Origin: Xylographa opegraphella
Taxonomy: Eukaryota
Length of the DNA stretch: 64,000 nucleotides
Direction of reading: 5' to 3'
NCBI GenBank assembly: GCA_022813865.1
Contig: JALDZX010000010.1
Span: 186,001 to 250,000 of the forward strand
Shown: piece by piece, positions 13,484-27,021 of the stretch
How positions within the stretch are numbered: the stretch's first letter is position 1
Layout: every line of letters starts with the position of its first letter
The notes under the pieces: model-generated
Told to the model about the DNA's origin: nothing
The model's input: the letters and a program-made list of their open reading frames with translations, nothing else
Database searches by the model: none
Program-made: the position numbers and the translations under genes

Positions 13484-15676
13484 ATGTCTGCCACCTCCAA
13501 AGCCACCCCTCGTCCTGCGACCACGGGCCTCACCCCCTCCGCCTCCTCCCCTCCCCGTTCCGTCCCCTCGCCTGCCCACCTGCAAGCTCCCAACTCCAGC
13601 ACCAAAGCCGGCAAATCGCCCTACAAACATCCGTCGGCTGGCACTCCTCACAATGCGTCCAGCACGCCGCACCTACCGGGCAGCACGCCACACGCAGCTC
13701 TCGGTACACCTCACGCCACGCCCCTCCCTGCCTTCGGCACCCCCACCCCGCGCTTCGACCCCATGCTCGGCAGCAGCCCCGCCACAGGCGCAGACATGCG
13801 TGTTTCCGGCAGCGAGCTGGGCATGGGCACCCCAGCGCTGAGCATGAGCGTGCTGGGCGTCGGCATGGGCCTCAGTCTCAGCAGCATGGGCTTGGGCGCG
13901 CAGCAGCTTGGCGCGAGCGGTATACTCGATCCCGGGGGTCAACAGAACGGCGAGGATGAGGCCCAGCGGCGTATGGGCGCCATCGTGCAGCTGCTGGGCC
14001 GCCGGTGGGGCCGCGTGGGTCGCGAAGGCGTGGAGCGCTGCGCCCGACGCCTCGGCCTCGAGTGTCTGTGGGAGAACAATGAAGGAGACGGCCACAGCAC
14101 GCTGAGCATCGCGGGCAACGGCCTGCTGGTCGACGTGGAATGGGTGGGCGAGCGCGTGCGGGGCGTGGTCCTGAGCTTCCCCGGGGCGGGCGGGGGCGCG
14201 GAGCGCAGCGCGGGGGTCGGGGCGGAGGTTCTACGCAGGGATTTGGTGGGGCACAAGACGGGCTACGTGGGCTTGGAGGCCTTCGCGGCCAATCTGGGCT
14301 CGCTGGCGGGCATGGACGTCCTGGGCCGCGAGGGCGTCAGCTGCTTCGAAGCCGTCGAGGGGGTGCGCGCCAGCCTCGGCCGCGTGTGGGAGTGGGAGCT
14401 CCGTCAGGCACGGACCGACATTGGCCCCGCTGTGCCGGAGGAGGCTGTCGAGCGGGAGGTACTGTGCAAACGTAGCGGCCGGCCGCGCATGCACGGCGCG
14501 GGCGCCATCGGTCTGCGGCTGGAATACTGGCTCGCGCGCCGGAGGGTGCTGCCTCGTGCCCCGGACGCCGACGACATGGACATCGACGTCGATCCCTCCG
14601 CCGCCTCACATCCCACCGTACCCACAGGCCTGCATGCTCTCCTTATCGACTGCGAGGCCCACCCCGCCACTCTGTACCCCAGCATCCGCGTCTCCGACGC
14701 CTGGGTTTCACCCTCCGTCGTCGCCACCCCAATGATGTCCCCCTCCATCAGCACGCTGTTCGTTCCGTCCCCGATTATCGACTGGCTCGACCCGCCCCCA
14801 ACCTACCTCCCCACCTCGTCCTCGTCTTCCTCTCCCTCTCCACCCCTCGCTTCACCCTCGGTTCGCTTTCGCGCCCTCCTGCGCCCACCGCTAACCCTCC
14901 CGCTGCAGAAGGCAATGGAGCTGTTCAACATCGTCGGCGCTCCCCTCACCCAGGACGCCATTCACACGACAACCTTCACGCAGCTCCTGTTTCCCGCGCA
15001 CGCGGCGTCGGCGACGGAAACGCCGCTGCTCCGGGACGCGGTCATGCGCTTTGAGCGGCGCGTCAGGGGCTATGATGGGGAGGCGGTCCGGCATCACTAT
15101 ACGCTGCTGACGGGCGCCCAGGACTGGGGGCGCACAGTGAGTGAGATCCCGTTTGCGCATCCGCGGCAGCTGGTCATGCTGCTGCCGCTGCTGCGGCAGT
15201 GGGCGTTTGTGGGAAGGTTGTTGGGGCGGTTAGAAGGGAGGGGGTTGGTCGACGTACATGGAAACGGGGGGAAAGTCAACGGGACGACCGGGCGGAGTGG
15301 CGATCTGCAACAACAGAAACCTGAGGCACGGGGGCGCGAGACGGACTCCGACACAGACTCCGATACCGATACGGACGACGGTGCTGATGGCGAGCGTCCG
15401 GCTTCGAAAACACCGCCCCGGCTGCCGAGTGTCCCGCTTCGCCGCGTCGATGTCGAGCTATCGTTGGCGGTGCCGGGGACGCCGTCGATCAGACTCGTTA
15501 TTCCGGGCGGGAGGACGGTGACGTTTCACGTGGGTCTGAATGCGGAGATTGAGGTTGAGGAGGAGGAGGGAGGTGCGGATGGTGCGGGAGGGAAGAGGAG
15601 GAAGGAGGATTGGGGGAAAGTGTTGGGTGTGTGTGAGGATTTGGGGGTGGTGGTGGAGTGGGCTTTGGAAGCGTGA
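13484..15676 (+). CDS. MED1: Mediator complex subunit Med1 (fungal type)
   Basis: 730-aa ORF. TP-rich N-terminus, then EDEAQRRM..VGREGVERCARRLGLECLWE..LSIAGNGLLVDVEW and C-terminal EIPFAHPRQLVMLLPLLRQWA, typical of Pezizomycotina Med1. Confidence 0.82.
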   Translation: MSATSKATPRPATTGLTPSASSPPRSVPSPAHLQAPNSSTKAGKSPYKHPSAGTPHNASSTPHLPGSTPHAALGTPHATPLPAFGTPTPRFDPMLGSSPATGADMRVSGSELGMGTPALSMSVLGVGMGLSLSSMGLGAQQLGASGILDPGGQQNGEDEAQRRMGAIVQLLGRRWGRVGREGVERCARRLGLECLWENNEGDGHSTLSIAGNGLLVDVEWVGERVRGVVLSFPGAGGGAERSAGVGAEVLRRDLVGHKTGYVGLEAFAANLGSLAGMDVLGREGVSCFEAVEGVRASLGRVWEWELRQARTDIGPAVPEEAVEREVLCKRSGRPRMHGAGAIGLRLEYWLARRRVLPRAPDADDMDIDVDPSAASHPTVPTGLHALLIDCEAHPATLYPSIRVSDAWVSPSVVATPMMSPSISTLFVPSPIIDWLDPPPTYLPTSSSSSSPSPPLASPSVRFRALLRPPLTLPLQKAMELFNIVGAPLTQDAIHTTTFTQLLFPAHAASATETPLLRDAVMRFERRVRGYDGEAVRHHYTLLTGAQDWGRTVSEIPFAHPRQLVMLLPLLRQWAFVGRLLGRLEGRGLVDVHGNGGKVNGTTGRSGDLQQQKPEARGRETDSDTDSDTDTDDGADGERPASKTPPRLPSVPLRRVDVELSLAVPGTPSIRLVIPGGRTVTFHVGLNAEIEVEEEEGGADGAGGKRRKEDWGKVLGVCEDLGVVVEWALEA

Positions 15677-16296
15677 GGGCCGGTTGGAGGGGGGGGGGTG
15701 TATATTATCTCTCGATGTAGTATACAGAAATCGATCCTGATGATGATGATAACCATCATACTACGGCCGTTCCATAACGCTTGTGGCGAATTCTGCCCGA
15801 ACGAAACATTCGCTTGAAGTCAGACGCTCCAATTGTCAACGGAAAGTTCGCCACTCCGCTCTGGAACGCCACGTTCTCGCTTAACAGCCAGGAAAACCCT
15901 CGTCGGCTCGCCGTTTCGCCGACTTGCCCGAACGCAACCTTTCCACTTATTACGAGTACACTTCGACCGGACAGAGGCGCTCCCCCACAGCTCCAGCATC
16001 TGCGGCACGGGAACAGACGCTGACGTGCCACCTCAATGCCATCATCACCGTATGAATGCGGGGGAGCCCGGGCATAAGCTCACTCCGCGAGACGTCACCA
16101 TGCTAGGCACCACTTTTTGGTTCGAGGGCACGGGTTGGGTCTTGCTCCGTAGGCCGTGCCTGCCTTGGGAATATATAACCAGCACGATGTCGCTCCCTCT
16201 CTCACCGCCGTATAGTACAGCATAGCATAACCCAATCTCCTACCAAAACTCAATCCTACAGCACGAACAACCGCATTAACCACCACACTATCTAAG

Positions 16297-16625
16297 ATGC
16301 AGAACGAAAAAGGCCAAGGCGTGCGTCTACTCGTCCATTGCTCCCCTCCCGCAGCATCTCGTGCTATGCTAACACTCCTTCTGGCATGCAGGTCTCGCAC
16401 GCCACCGACTCCCAGCTGCCGGGCAAAGTGCAGGAGAAGGTCCCCGCCGGCATCGAGAAGCAGGTACCGGACGCGCTGCACGACACGGGCTCGAACGCCG
16501 AGACGGGCAAGGTCAGCCACGCGATCGGGGAGAGTAAGGTGCCGCAGGCCATTCAGGAGGGATTGCCCGAGAAGGTGGAGCGCATGGTGCCCGAGGCGAT
16601 TCATCCCACTGGGGATGGGAAGTGA
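16297..16625 (+). CDS. Small hydrophilic two-repeat protein (~85 aa)
   Basis: Exon 1 16297-16320 (MQNEKGQG), intron 16321-16391 (GTGCGT..GCTAAC..GCAG). Exon 2 has two copies of VSHA..S..P...QE..P...E..VP.A.H.TG. Confidence 0.85.
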
Positions 16626-17001
16626 GCGGGATGCAGCGGGGGAAGGGGGTTTCTGAGTACAGAAGCTTGCATATGTGTATGACACGATGGCTAGGTTGTT
16701 TTTGGTTACCTTGTGCTGCGGAATCGATTGGCTTGTCATTTGTTGGATGCGGTTTCTATACGACACTTGTCTTGGATGTCCCGCTACTGTAGCACGAATA
16801 TCGAGGTCCAAGAATACCTACAAAGCAGAGACTTGTTCTTGAGTGAAGCTCAGTCTGACATACTATCTCACTTCTATCACCAAAGTAAACAATGAGCCTG
16901 TACCCAAAATGGTATAGTTCGTCGAGCAAGAAGCGATTGCTCACGCCAAGAACCCCACAGCCTTATCAAAGCCCAGGCACTGCTTCGAAACCCTCGCCTT
17001 C

Positions 17002-19242
17002 ATGCCAGATGAAAACCTCTGTGACCATTGCAACTCCCTTGATTTCGGTACTATTCGCTATATCCCGTGGTCCGGCACACCAGAGGATTACACGCCGCTG
17101 TCTCATGGCAAGCCAGAACGGAGCGTGAAAGACGCCATTGAAAAAGCCAGTAGCTGCTTCCTCTGCAAGCAGGCCGCCCAGCTGTTCGTCGACCTGAGAG
17201 ACTCCGATGCCCGGCCTGCAACGGACGATCCGGCCGCTTTTGCGTACCGAATCGAGCACCCATCCAAACATTATGCTTGGGCGGAACCGGAGGACCCGGC
17301 GGGTGTGTTCGGCGCGCTCCTGCGTCTCAATATCGAAATCTCTTGTCGAACCACGCCGACCCTATTCGCGGAGAGGATTTTCCTCAAATGCGGGCCGGCG
17401 ATACCCCATGTTGATGCATTCTGCAGGGACGCGTCTTTGGTTGAGTGGGAGATGACTGGGACGCAAGCATTTGATGGTCGAATCCGCCCACTTGTTGCCA
17501 ACACTCGCCTCTTTCGTAAGTGGAAAGAAAGCTGTTCGGAGCGGCATGGCGGGAAGTGTCAACGAGCCGTGAGCATGTCCCGCCCCGGCGCGCTGCGCTT
17601 TATCGATGTGGTCGATCGGTGTATCGCCGAGGTTTCCAGTGACTGCAGTTACGTTGTTTTGAGCTACGTTTGGGGCTCAGTGGCAACGTGTGTGTTGACC
17701 AAATATACAGCGGCGACGTACGCGCAGCCTGGCTCGTTAAGCAGAGACCTGGTGCCGGCGACTATAGAGGACGCCATGGCCGTCACCGCGGCTCTTGGCG
17801 AGAGGTACCTCTGGGTTGATAGGCTGTGTATTGAGCAGGACAACGAGGCCGACAAGGCTATTTTCATACCCCAGATGGCTGCCTTGTATGGGTGCGCTGA
17901 GGTCACGATAATTGCTGCGGCGACGATCGATGCTCACGGTGGGCTACCGGGGATAAGACCATTGACGAGGAGGGTTCAGCAGGACCCTATTTCTTTAAAC
18001 GGTACAACTTTTATGGCCTCGTTGGAAAACTTTACTGGTCTATTTTCCAACTCCACACGGGACAAAAGTGTACGGGGGACGTCCAACTACAACACACGCG
18101 GTTGGTGCTTCCAGGAAAGGTACATATAGAACTGACGAGGACGAGATGCTCAACACTGCACTGACACTTTGTCATTCAGGCTTCTGTCTGCTCGATCGCT
18201 CATCTTCTCCGAGGAGCAAGTTTACTGGGAATGTCAAACCGCAAGTTGGTGTGAAGAAGCATTCTGGGAATCTGGAACCTCACGTTCTCTCTATCGTCAC
18301 TACATGACCGATTACGGCCCAATGTATCGCCTTCCCTGGAAACCCACTCCGCCTGGCTTGGAAATCCTTTACCGGCATTTGGCGGAAACTTATTCGGGCA
18401 GAGTACTCTCGTTTCAGACCGATGAGCTGAACGCTTTCCAGGGTATCCTACACCTTTTGACGGAAGGCTTCCGAGAAGAGTTCTTCTGGGCACTGCCAAC
18501 CACTTATCTTGAAGAAGCGCTTAAATGGGGTGCTGCTGCCCCGAGAACTCAAACACGCAACCGTGGGACTCATACTCAGATAGGACCTTCCGGTGGCGTT
18601 CAGCAAACTCCGTTCCCCAGCTGGTCGTGGATTGGATGGATAGGAAACAATTACATAAGTGCGTACGGATCGGCATGGACCGGCGCACACAGCTTAGTAT
18701 TTTACTGCCTGAACAACGACGGCAGAGTTGAAAAGATCGGTAAAGAAGCCGTCCAGAGAGGAACACCCGAACACCACAGTCCAGAGCGTGCCGAGCCAAT
18801 GCCGATGCGGGAGCGACGCGTGGGAAGGGGGAAGCAAGGCAAATCTGACCTCCCCTCGTTCTACGACACCGCAAGAACGGTCATCACAGAAGACCATATA
18901 CCCTCCCACATTCTTGGCAGCCCATTGGCCAGCGTAGTCCTCTGCTTCTGGACCAGCACCGCCGCTGTCACTGCGCAAAGCGACTGGAACGGTCGCGTTC
19001 GGTTCGCCCAAGGAAGCCACTCCGTCTCCGTGCGAGAGGAGGCATCACCTATAACGTATGAACCAAACACCACGCAGTCCCAAGAACTCATTCTGTGCTG
19101 CCGTTCGTTGACTACGAATTCCATTTTCTGCCTCGTTTGCTCTGTAGCTAATGGTATTGCGTATCGTGAGCATGTGGTTCAGGTGCAAGAGTCGCATTGG
19201 CAAGGGTTGCAGACGGTGTGGAAGCCGGTTATTCTGGGCTGA
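17002..19242 (+). CDS. HET-domain (PF06985-type) heterokaryon incompatibility protein
   Basis: YVVLSYVWG, PATIEDAMAVT..LGERYLWVDRLCIEQD, QMAALYGCAEVTIIAA, YNTRGWCFQER|LLSARSL, FPSWSWIGW. 60-nt intron 18120-18179. Confidence 0.92.
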
Positions 19243-20099
19243 GATCTGCCACGTGTGGGGAGGGATATGAACGGTGGGCCTAGAGAGTTTGTGCCAACCC
19301 ACATTGGCGGTGTCCGCTACTTCATAAGAGATATCCTTTTTTATGGTAAGCCGACTACCAATAACCATATTATTCGCTGAGCCTTTTCCGGCAATGTTTG
19401 TGGAATCATGCAGTTCCTTGGTAGTTTCTATCTCAGTCGCGTTTAACCGCCGTGACTCTAACTCCTGGGCAGATTATCCTCCCCAGGATTATCATCCGTC
19501 GTCCGATCTCTGGCATTGTCGAGTTGGTCGTCAGGGCGTTACTATTAACTTCATCATCCGCAACATCACTCCCTAAGATATCTCGACCTTCATCCTCGGG
19601 AAGAGACCCGACGAAATGCATATGCTCTTCGTCCTCAATCGCCACTGAGGAGATGGCATCTCGTCTCCGCTTCACTGATTCCCCCCGCAGGTAATTCTGA
19701 TTGAGTTCCTCGGGATTTCACTTGCTTTTAAGCTCCCGATTTAAAGCTTGTCTGGCTGCGATGCTTGCACTGGGTTTGATAATGCTTCTGCAGGATTGAC
19801 GGCGGCGTCAACCGTGTTCACAAGTCCTTTAGCGCTGATGCGTACACGGTGTACCGCGGTATGGTATAGTTTGAGAGTAGCAAGCAGATCCTGAGGAATG
19901 TGGTGATCGGGCCTTCGCAATGCTTTAGTAGGGAATTTCCAGTGTCGTTTGACGATTGCCAACCTGGACCTTTATAGCTTACTTGTCACAGGCAACACCT
20001 TGTCAAATCCAAGGCTGCCACCTGGAGGAGAATACAAGGCCGCGCTAAATTTCAAAATCGTTTTTAATCGCCTTTGGTTGCCTAATTTCTCCAGTAGCT

Positions 20100-21245
20100 T
20101 CATTGCTTGAACCACGCATCTTGCAAAAGCTCCCTTGCCGTTGGTCTGTCCCTGGGATCCAATTTCATCATTTTCGCGATGAAGTCCCTGTCTGGGCGTG
20201 CGAGTTCATCGTCTTCGGACATCGAGAACGGCAGCCACTTTTGGTTCTCCTGAATGTAAACAATTGCCCCCGTACAGATTGCAAGCCGTTCCGCGTCCGC
20301 GATCTCCTCGAAATTGTCATTGAATGGCCCGAAGCGCCTGACTTGTTCAACGAGCACCCAGAACCCGTAATGTTCATCGTCAAAGGAGACATTTGCTGGA
20401 CCAAAGATGTGCCAGTTTCCGCCGAATATAAGACTGATCAGCTGCATAGATCAGCACGAGATTCTTAGCGGGAAAGGTAGTCAATTACGTACGGTGGCAC
20501 CAAGAGACCATATGTCCGTCGGCGGCCCCCATCTGAGGTTTAATTGTGCCTCGGGACTTCTGAATATTGCGGCACTAATTACGTGATTTCCTTCCAGCGG
20601 ACCCGCGGTCGGGTTACAGCGATATACATCGCCAGAATCTCCGAGCACAACTCTACTAAAGCGAGTTGCGTCTTTGCCATAGTTGATAAGAGTATTATCA
20701 GGCTTGAGATCTGTCTCGGAATATAGTATCAGAACGGCAACCGGGCCGTACGATAAGCCATGAATACTGACCAGTATGCACAAAGCCATTCTCATGGAGC
20801 ACTGCGAGCGCCTCGAGCACAGAGCGAGCAACGGCTTTCACGTCCGAACCTTCCAGTCTTTTCCGACTGCATACGTCCAGGAGGTTATCGTCCAGGTACT
20901 CTAACACCAACGATGAACGGCTTTCGATGGTGTCAATCATCTGACGAAAGCATACGTGATTTCGCACGATCTCGAGAACTTCGCGCTCATTGTTCAAGAG
21001 GTGTGGCGGCGCTCTCTTGATGACCACCTGGCGAGCGTTCTCATCACTACCGCCTGGTCAGCCAAGGACAGAACACGAAAGTATACACATGACATGGCAG
21101 CTCACGTGGCTTTCCAAACATCTCGGTCTTTGGTAAACTGCTCCAAAACCTTGTACGAGCCCACTTTGCCTCTTAACCGACGACCTACTGCCAGGGTTGC
21201 AGAGACCTCGCCGGTCAGGCGCAGAAGCCGAGTGGCAAAACGCAT
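20100..21245 (-). CDS. Lineage-expanded fungal Ser/Thr protein kinase (CMGC/SRPK-like), multi-exon
   Basis: Spliced exons give VVIK, HENGFVHT|DLKPDN, VLGDSG (DFG variant), FRSPEA, TDIWSLG, MMKLDPRDRPTARELLQDAWF. Start inferred at ATG 21245. Confidence 0.8.
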
Positions 21246-22584
21246 ACCGACACGAATAGGAGTCGAGTGGTAATGGAATATTGATGTTAAGTGCCAAATT
21301 TGTGAAAGCCGTTCGTCAAATAAATGTCTGATGTTTTATGGCGCTTTGACTTCCTGACAACTGTTTCGCGCAGAAAGTTGAGTGGTTGTTGTCAGCACTT
21401 GATTTTTGTAGCTGTAAAATGTCAGTCTAGCGATTTCAGTCGACTAGTATTTGGGGTCGGTGTGGGGTTCACAGGGATGGTCGACGGCTGGGACGAATGC
21501 TGGAATGAAATGTGGGAAGTCAATGGAACTTTTCATCTCCTATAAGGCTCCTATGCTCAAGCCAATTATGAATCTTCGTCATTAAGATTTCTTGATATAT
21601 GTCAAACATAGTTAGACGCCAAACATATTCTTCTGTGATATCTGCTTAACAACGTGCCTGCGTGCTTGTGTCCCGACGAGGACTACGAGTGCTCGATATT
21701 CCTAACAATATCTACACACCTATTGTTTGATGTGTGGTACAGCGAGAACTAAGCGCTAAGCGCCAATCGCCAAGCGTCCCAAGACCTCTGCGTTGCCTTG
21801 CCCTCGGAGGCTGATCCCAGAAGCAGCGGCAGCATTCTGAAATGTGTCGACGCGAAATCCCAATATGCCAGTTTCCAGCAAAGCTGAGGTCTGTAAGGGG
21901 TATTATCCTTTCAACTAGATGACTCGATAGACCACAAGTCCTCCCGGTGGCGGCTGGAAACATCCTTGTGTTATTCATTGATGGGTATGCGTTTCTACTG
22001 ATCGAGAGTTTGAATGAAAATACTGGTCTAGTTCTTTATTGCAGCGTAGCTGCTCTAAGGATGAGGGGGTCCAAATTGAACTTCGGGCGCTATGAGGCAG
22101 ATAATCCGCTCCGATCAGTACCTTATTTCCTATTCAATTTTAGCTCCAGGGGGTCTTGGCTTTCCACAACGCTGCATATTGAGCGAGAGGTCCCCTCACG
22201 CTGGATCACCTGGTATTCTCGTCCCCAAGCTTAGATCACGTTGAGCTCGGTCATGACACCGCTGGCCTCGATGCTGCCATTATTGACCTGAATAAGGAGA
22301 TTTGATTATGCTGGGAGGCGTAAACCTCCAAACAGCCCCTAAAGTTGAACCCTTATTCCAGTTCTCAGGGGCCGCACTTGCGGTTAAGCGGGGAAACAGG
22401 TGCCATGCAGCGTGCTTGGGACCACGCGACGCGGCAGACCTATTTATTAATTAAATTTCACGAACTGTGTAAACAATGGCTTGCTCATTTGTGATCAATC
22501 AAACATTCCAAATGTGATGGCACGTATGAACATGGCTTGAGACACTTCGTACCAGTGTTCCTCCCTCCAAAACTCACGCCGGAG

Positions 22585-23939
22585 ATGTCGGATACTTTAC
22601 ACAATGCGCCCATTGTGCTTGATAATGGCAGTGGCACCATTCGAGCTGGCTTCGCCGGTGAAGACCTGCCTAAGTGTTATTTTCCTTCATTCGTCGGCCG
22701 CCCGAAACACCTTAGGGTACTGGCCGGGGCACTGGAAGGGGATATCTTCATAGGGCAGCGGGCGCAAGAGCTCAGGGGGTTGTTGAAGATACGGTATCCA
22801 TTGGAACACGGCATAGTTACGGATTGGGATGACATGGAAAGGATCTGGCAGTTCGTGTATAGCGAAGAGCTCAAGACGCTCAGTGAAGAGGTATGACATC
22901 GTCGCCAGTGTGATACTCGATGCTGGCAGGCAGTCTTCAACCAACATATGTCAGTTCCAGCTAACCAATTCAATCATCATTTCATAGCATCCAGTTCTCC
23001 TGACAGAAGCGCCACTCAATCCCAGAGCCAATAGAGATACGGCCGCTCAAATCCTTTTCGAAAACTTCAACGTTCCAGCACTCTTCACCTCCATACAAGC
23101 TGTTCTATCTCTCTACGCTTCTGGTCGAACAACTGGAATTGTATTAGATTCCGGTGATGGTGTATCTCATGCTGTCCCTGTGTATGAAGGCTTCGCCATG
23201 CCGAGTAGCATACGGAGGATAGACGTTGCCGGTCGCGATGTCACAGAATATATGCAACTATTACTCAGGAAGAGCGGATACGTATTTCATACAAGTGCGG
23301 AGAAGGAGGTGGTCAGAATGATCAAAGAGAAGACAGGATACGTTGCACTGGATCCTAAAAAGGAGGAGAAGGAATGGTCAACTACTATGGGTAGAGCCGA
23401 ATCTAAGATGACGGAGTATGTGCTACCAGATGGGAACAAGATGAAGGTATGTTGTTGTCAAACGAGATTCAGAGCCATTTTTAAGTGCCTGCTTTATCGT
23501 AGGTTGGTGCGGAGAGGTTTCGTGCCCCGGAGATATTGTTTGACCCTGAGATAATCGGACTTGAATACCCTGGAATTCACCAGATAGTAGTTGACGCTAT
23601 CAACCGAACTGATATGGATCTAAGAAAGTCACTCTTCGGCAATATTGTGCTTTCTGGGGGATCAACGCTGACAAAAGGCTTCGGGGATCGTTTACTTCAC
23701 GAGGTTCAGAGACTAGCTGTGAAGGATATGCGGATCAAGATCTTCGCACCCCCGGAGCGAAAGTATAGTACATGGATAGGGGGCAGTATATTGGCTGGTC
23801 TTAGCACATTCAGGAAGGTTAGTCAATGTCAACGACTTCAAAAAATTTGTATGAAAACCCGCTTATACTTGATTAGATGTGGGTAAGCATAGATGACTGG
23901 CATGAGAATCCGGATATCATCCATACCAAATTTACTTGA
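22585..23939 (+). CDS. ARP1: Actin-related protein 1 (centractin, dynactin filament)
   Basis: [42 protein letters not shown]; last exon [20 protein letters not shown]. Three introns. Confidence 0.96.
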
Positions 23940-24595
23940 TCTACTTAAACCCTGCTCATCGGGACGGAAATCAGAGTTGTAATGTTGGTCTCTAAGCGGC
24001 ATTTCGAAGCATACGACGGCGTCCCGGAGCAATCCAATCATAGCCCAGCATCGTCATTGGTGAGACTTGCTTCGAGATAGCCAGGGGGCCTGACTACCAT
24101 TACCATGTTATCTTCAAGGCCGGCGTCTTAGCCTAAGCATCGCATCCGAGGATCAACACGGCGCCGGATAGGCCTAAATTGTGCTTTCACAGGAAGCCAG
24201 ATTATATCTAGGAAAGACTTCACCTCTTCGTATTAGGCGCCCGAACGGTTTCTCCTAGGCTATGGTCCCCTATACTATATGGTATAGACAGGAAGGTGTG
24301 CAAACTTTTTGCGCTTGTGGTGATGTCACTCTACCATGACTGTCGTGAAAAGGGGTTGGGTGTGGTGTTCGTCCAGCCAGATTCCAGAGGTTTGGAGAAC
24401 ATGTTTGCGATACCTGTTGATAGTTGCAATAAAATATTCTGTTATATAGAGGAAACGCTCTCTAAGCACATGATTCACTCAATCACATCTGAGTAGCACT
24501 TACGACTTAAAATTCGCAACTTATGTCTTTTTACTGTATATAAATAGTAATAACAATGTAGAACTCTAATCATGGTCATCACAAGACCGTTCAAA

Positions 24596-24687
24596 GGTGA
24601 CATGGTGTAATGGCAGCACGTAACGTTGTGGTTCTCAACATGGATTTCAAATCCGTTCCGATCCCGGTTCGATTCCGGGTGTCGCCA
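24596..24687 (+). tRNA. tRNA-His(GTG) with ~21-nt intron
   Basis: Acceptor stem GGTGACA/TGTCGCC, D-arm TGGTGTAATGGCAGCAC, anticodon GTG at 24628-24630, intron ~24632-24652, T-arm CCCGGTTCGATTCCGGG, downstream T-rich terminator. Confidence 0.9.
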
Positions 24688-24982
24688 ATTATGTTTTGTT
24701 TGGCTGAGTTTTCTTTTGGTCTTTATTGGTCTGGATCGCATGTTAAGAAGAGAGTTGTCTCGGATCATATTATCTTTTGTACCGGAGAAAGATTCGCACA
24801 GAGCGCCTCAATACCTACCTAGTGAGAATGGCGGTTTACTAGCGCGATGTTTGACGCGCCTGGACGTGTGCTCACGCTCACTAAATTATTAGTCGATTAA
24901 TGTTCATGGGGGAGAAGTACCCCAAGGTATCAAGAGTCTCAAAAAGGACCGTATCTGGAACATGGTAAACAGCTGAAGCTCA

Positions 24983-26645
24983 ATGGCCAATGCTCCTACG
25001 GGGCCAGAGAGGCCGGATTCTTCGTTCTCTTCGGGTGTCGCAACACCACGAACTCCACATCCACGATATCGGCCTGCTAAAACCATTCCTTACGAGCTGC
25101 GAGAACATTGCTTGATTTATTTCGAAGAAGGACTACGTACGCCTTCTGGCCAACGTTGTATCCACGAATCTGTCTATACTAACAAGCCTGGCAGACTTGC
25201 AAGCCCTCAATCTTCTGTTCAGCATCACGATTGCTGGTGGCTCTACTCCAAACATAAAACCGGCCTTCGTCCCACCGCCACACCACCTTGCCCTGATTTC
25301 GACGTTATCAGTACACCCGGCTCTTACAACGCGAGCTAAAACAACAGAAAGCCTTGAGGCAGCAAATCTCGCTATCAAGTATTTAGGAGTTGTGAACCGA
25401 ATCGTAGGCCCGATTAATGCCAATGTCCAAGATGCATTCGTCTTTTTTGGGCCGGGGACAGCTTCTCGCCGCGGTGTGATCTCACGAAGGACCACTGGGG
25501 GCAATGTAAGCCCGGAGAAGGAGGAGTTCGAGGCCATAGACATTGAGCTGGCAAATATTAGCAGTTTATGGGCACGAGCGGAAGATTTTTGGCACATAGT
25601 CGGGTGGGGCTTCAACTGCAGTGTTGTGCACAAGAAGAGATGGGAGAGATGGCGAATGTGGTTGGAGTACATGGTCGGAGTCTTGGAGGACGACTGGTGG
25701 GTTAGACCTCCTGGCGAGCAGGGAAACAGTCTGATTGTGAAATACCTGGATCCCGAGGATCAAGGGAATATTGGAGAAAAGAGAATAATTAGGGCTATTT
25801 TCGCGGATGGAAGCTCGAGATCGCTGGGGGAGTTCAGGGAAGTATGGAGTAACGAGACTAGGGAGCGGAAAGCAGACACCAACGCTGGGATTGCGAAGAA
25901 GGCGGCGGTAAAGATTAACATAGATGAGGGCGAATACGGGGACTATATGCAGTCGTCAGAAGACGAGCTTGAAGATGAGATTCCTGTTGTAGGCGGTATG
26001 AATCATCACCTCAATTCGGACTCAACAACGCCGTACACAGATGGCTCGCTCCTTCTTGGAGGCAGTGTAGCACTACAGCTTCGCCTTCGGCTCACTGCGT
26101 TACTGATTCAGGTTGCCAAGGAGGGTCTAGATAAATTTATATCCTACGCTAACCTGTTCGACATCTACATAACGCATATACGACCTCTTCCACTTCCCAC
26201 GTTCTCTCTCTTTCTGTCACCACCTTATCTGCGCTTTCTCCAACTTGGTGAGCAGACGGACTTGGTCCAATACATTGCTTCTTCATTCATTTCGACCTCT
26301 GCCCCTCGCATGAGCTTCGATGATATCGACCAACAGAAACTAGAAAAATATGTTCTGCCATGGCCGGCAAACACCACCAGTATTGACGATAATGCGAAGT
26401 TGGGAGCTTGTGTGGAGACCTTGCTAAGGCTTTTTAATAACGTTGCTGGATTGAAATGGACTGAGAAGTTACAAAAGTGCGCAATCACGGGTATCGAGGC
26501 TAGGGAAGGGAACGCTACACATCGGCGAAAAAGAAAGGGGGAAGCCGCATCTGGAGTAAGAACGGAAGACGATAGGGCTTGGCTGGAAGCAAGTGGGAGA
26601 AGGATTCTAGGCGTGCTTCAGATGGCAAAGGAGAATCCCAAGTGA
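24983..26645 (+). CDS. Conserved-looking uncharacterised fungal protein (~530 aa) with basic C-terminal NLS-like patch
   Basis: Exon 1 24983-25136, intron 25137-25194 (GTACGC..ACTAAC..GCAG), long exon 2. Motifs PYELREHCLIYFEE, PPPHHLAL..HP..TTRA, DFWHIVGWGFNCS; HRRKRK near the end. Confidence 0.85.
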
Positions 26646-27021
26646 GCTATAAATCCCAACTGTTCATTACTCCGCCTGCAATGATATCAACTCCTACACT
26701 ATCGAGAGAAATACTCGAGTGTCTCCAGATGTCCATATTTACACGAAACACAGCGTACTTCGCCCCCAAATACCAAAATGCAATCGCACAGTTGAGTCGT
26801 GATGGTTATCCCTCAGAACTCCGCAGTGAACCTCCTTGAGGGTACTCATCAAGAGATGACCTGTCGAAGCAGACGAGATGTCGCAACACAATGCAGCGCT
26901 CGAAACAATAAAAACGACAAACTTTTCCACCGCTGGTGAGCACCCTCCCGAAAGCGGAGCCATGCAGTAAATGCTCCAAGAAGTCATGAAGCAAGACAAA
27001 AAAAACCTCGGAAAGATCGTG

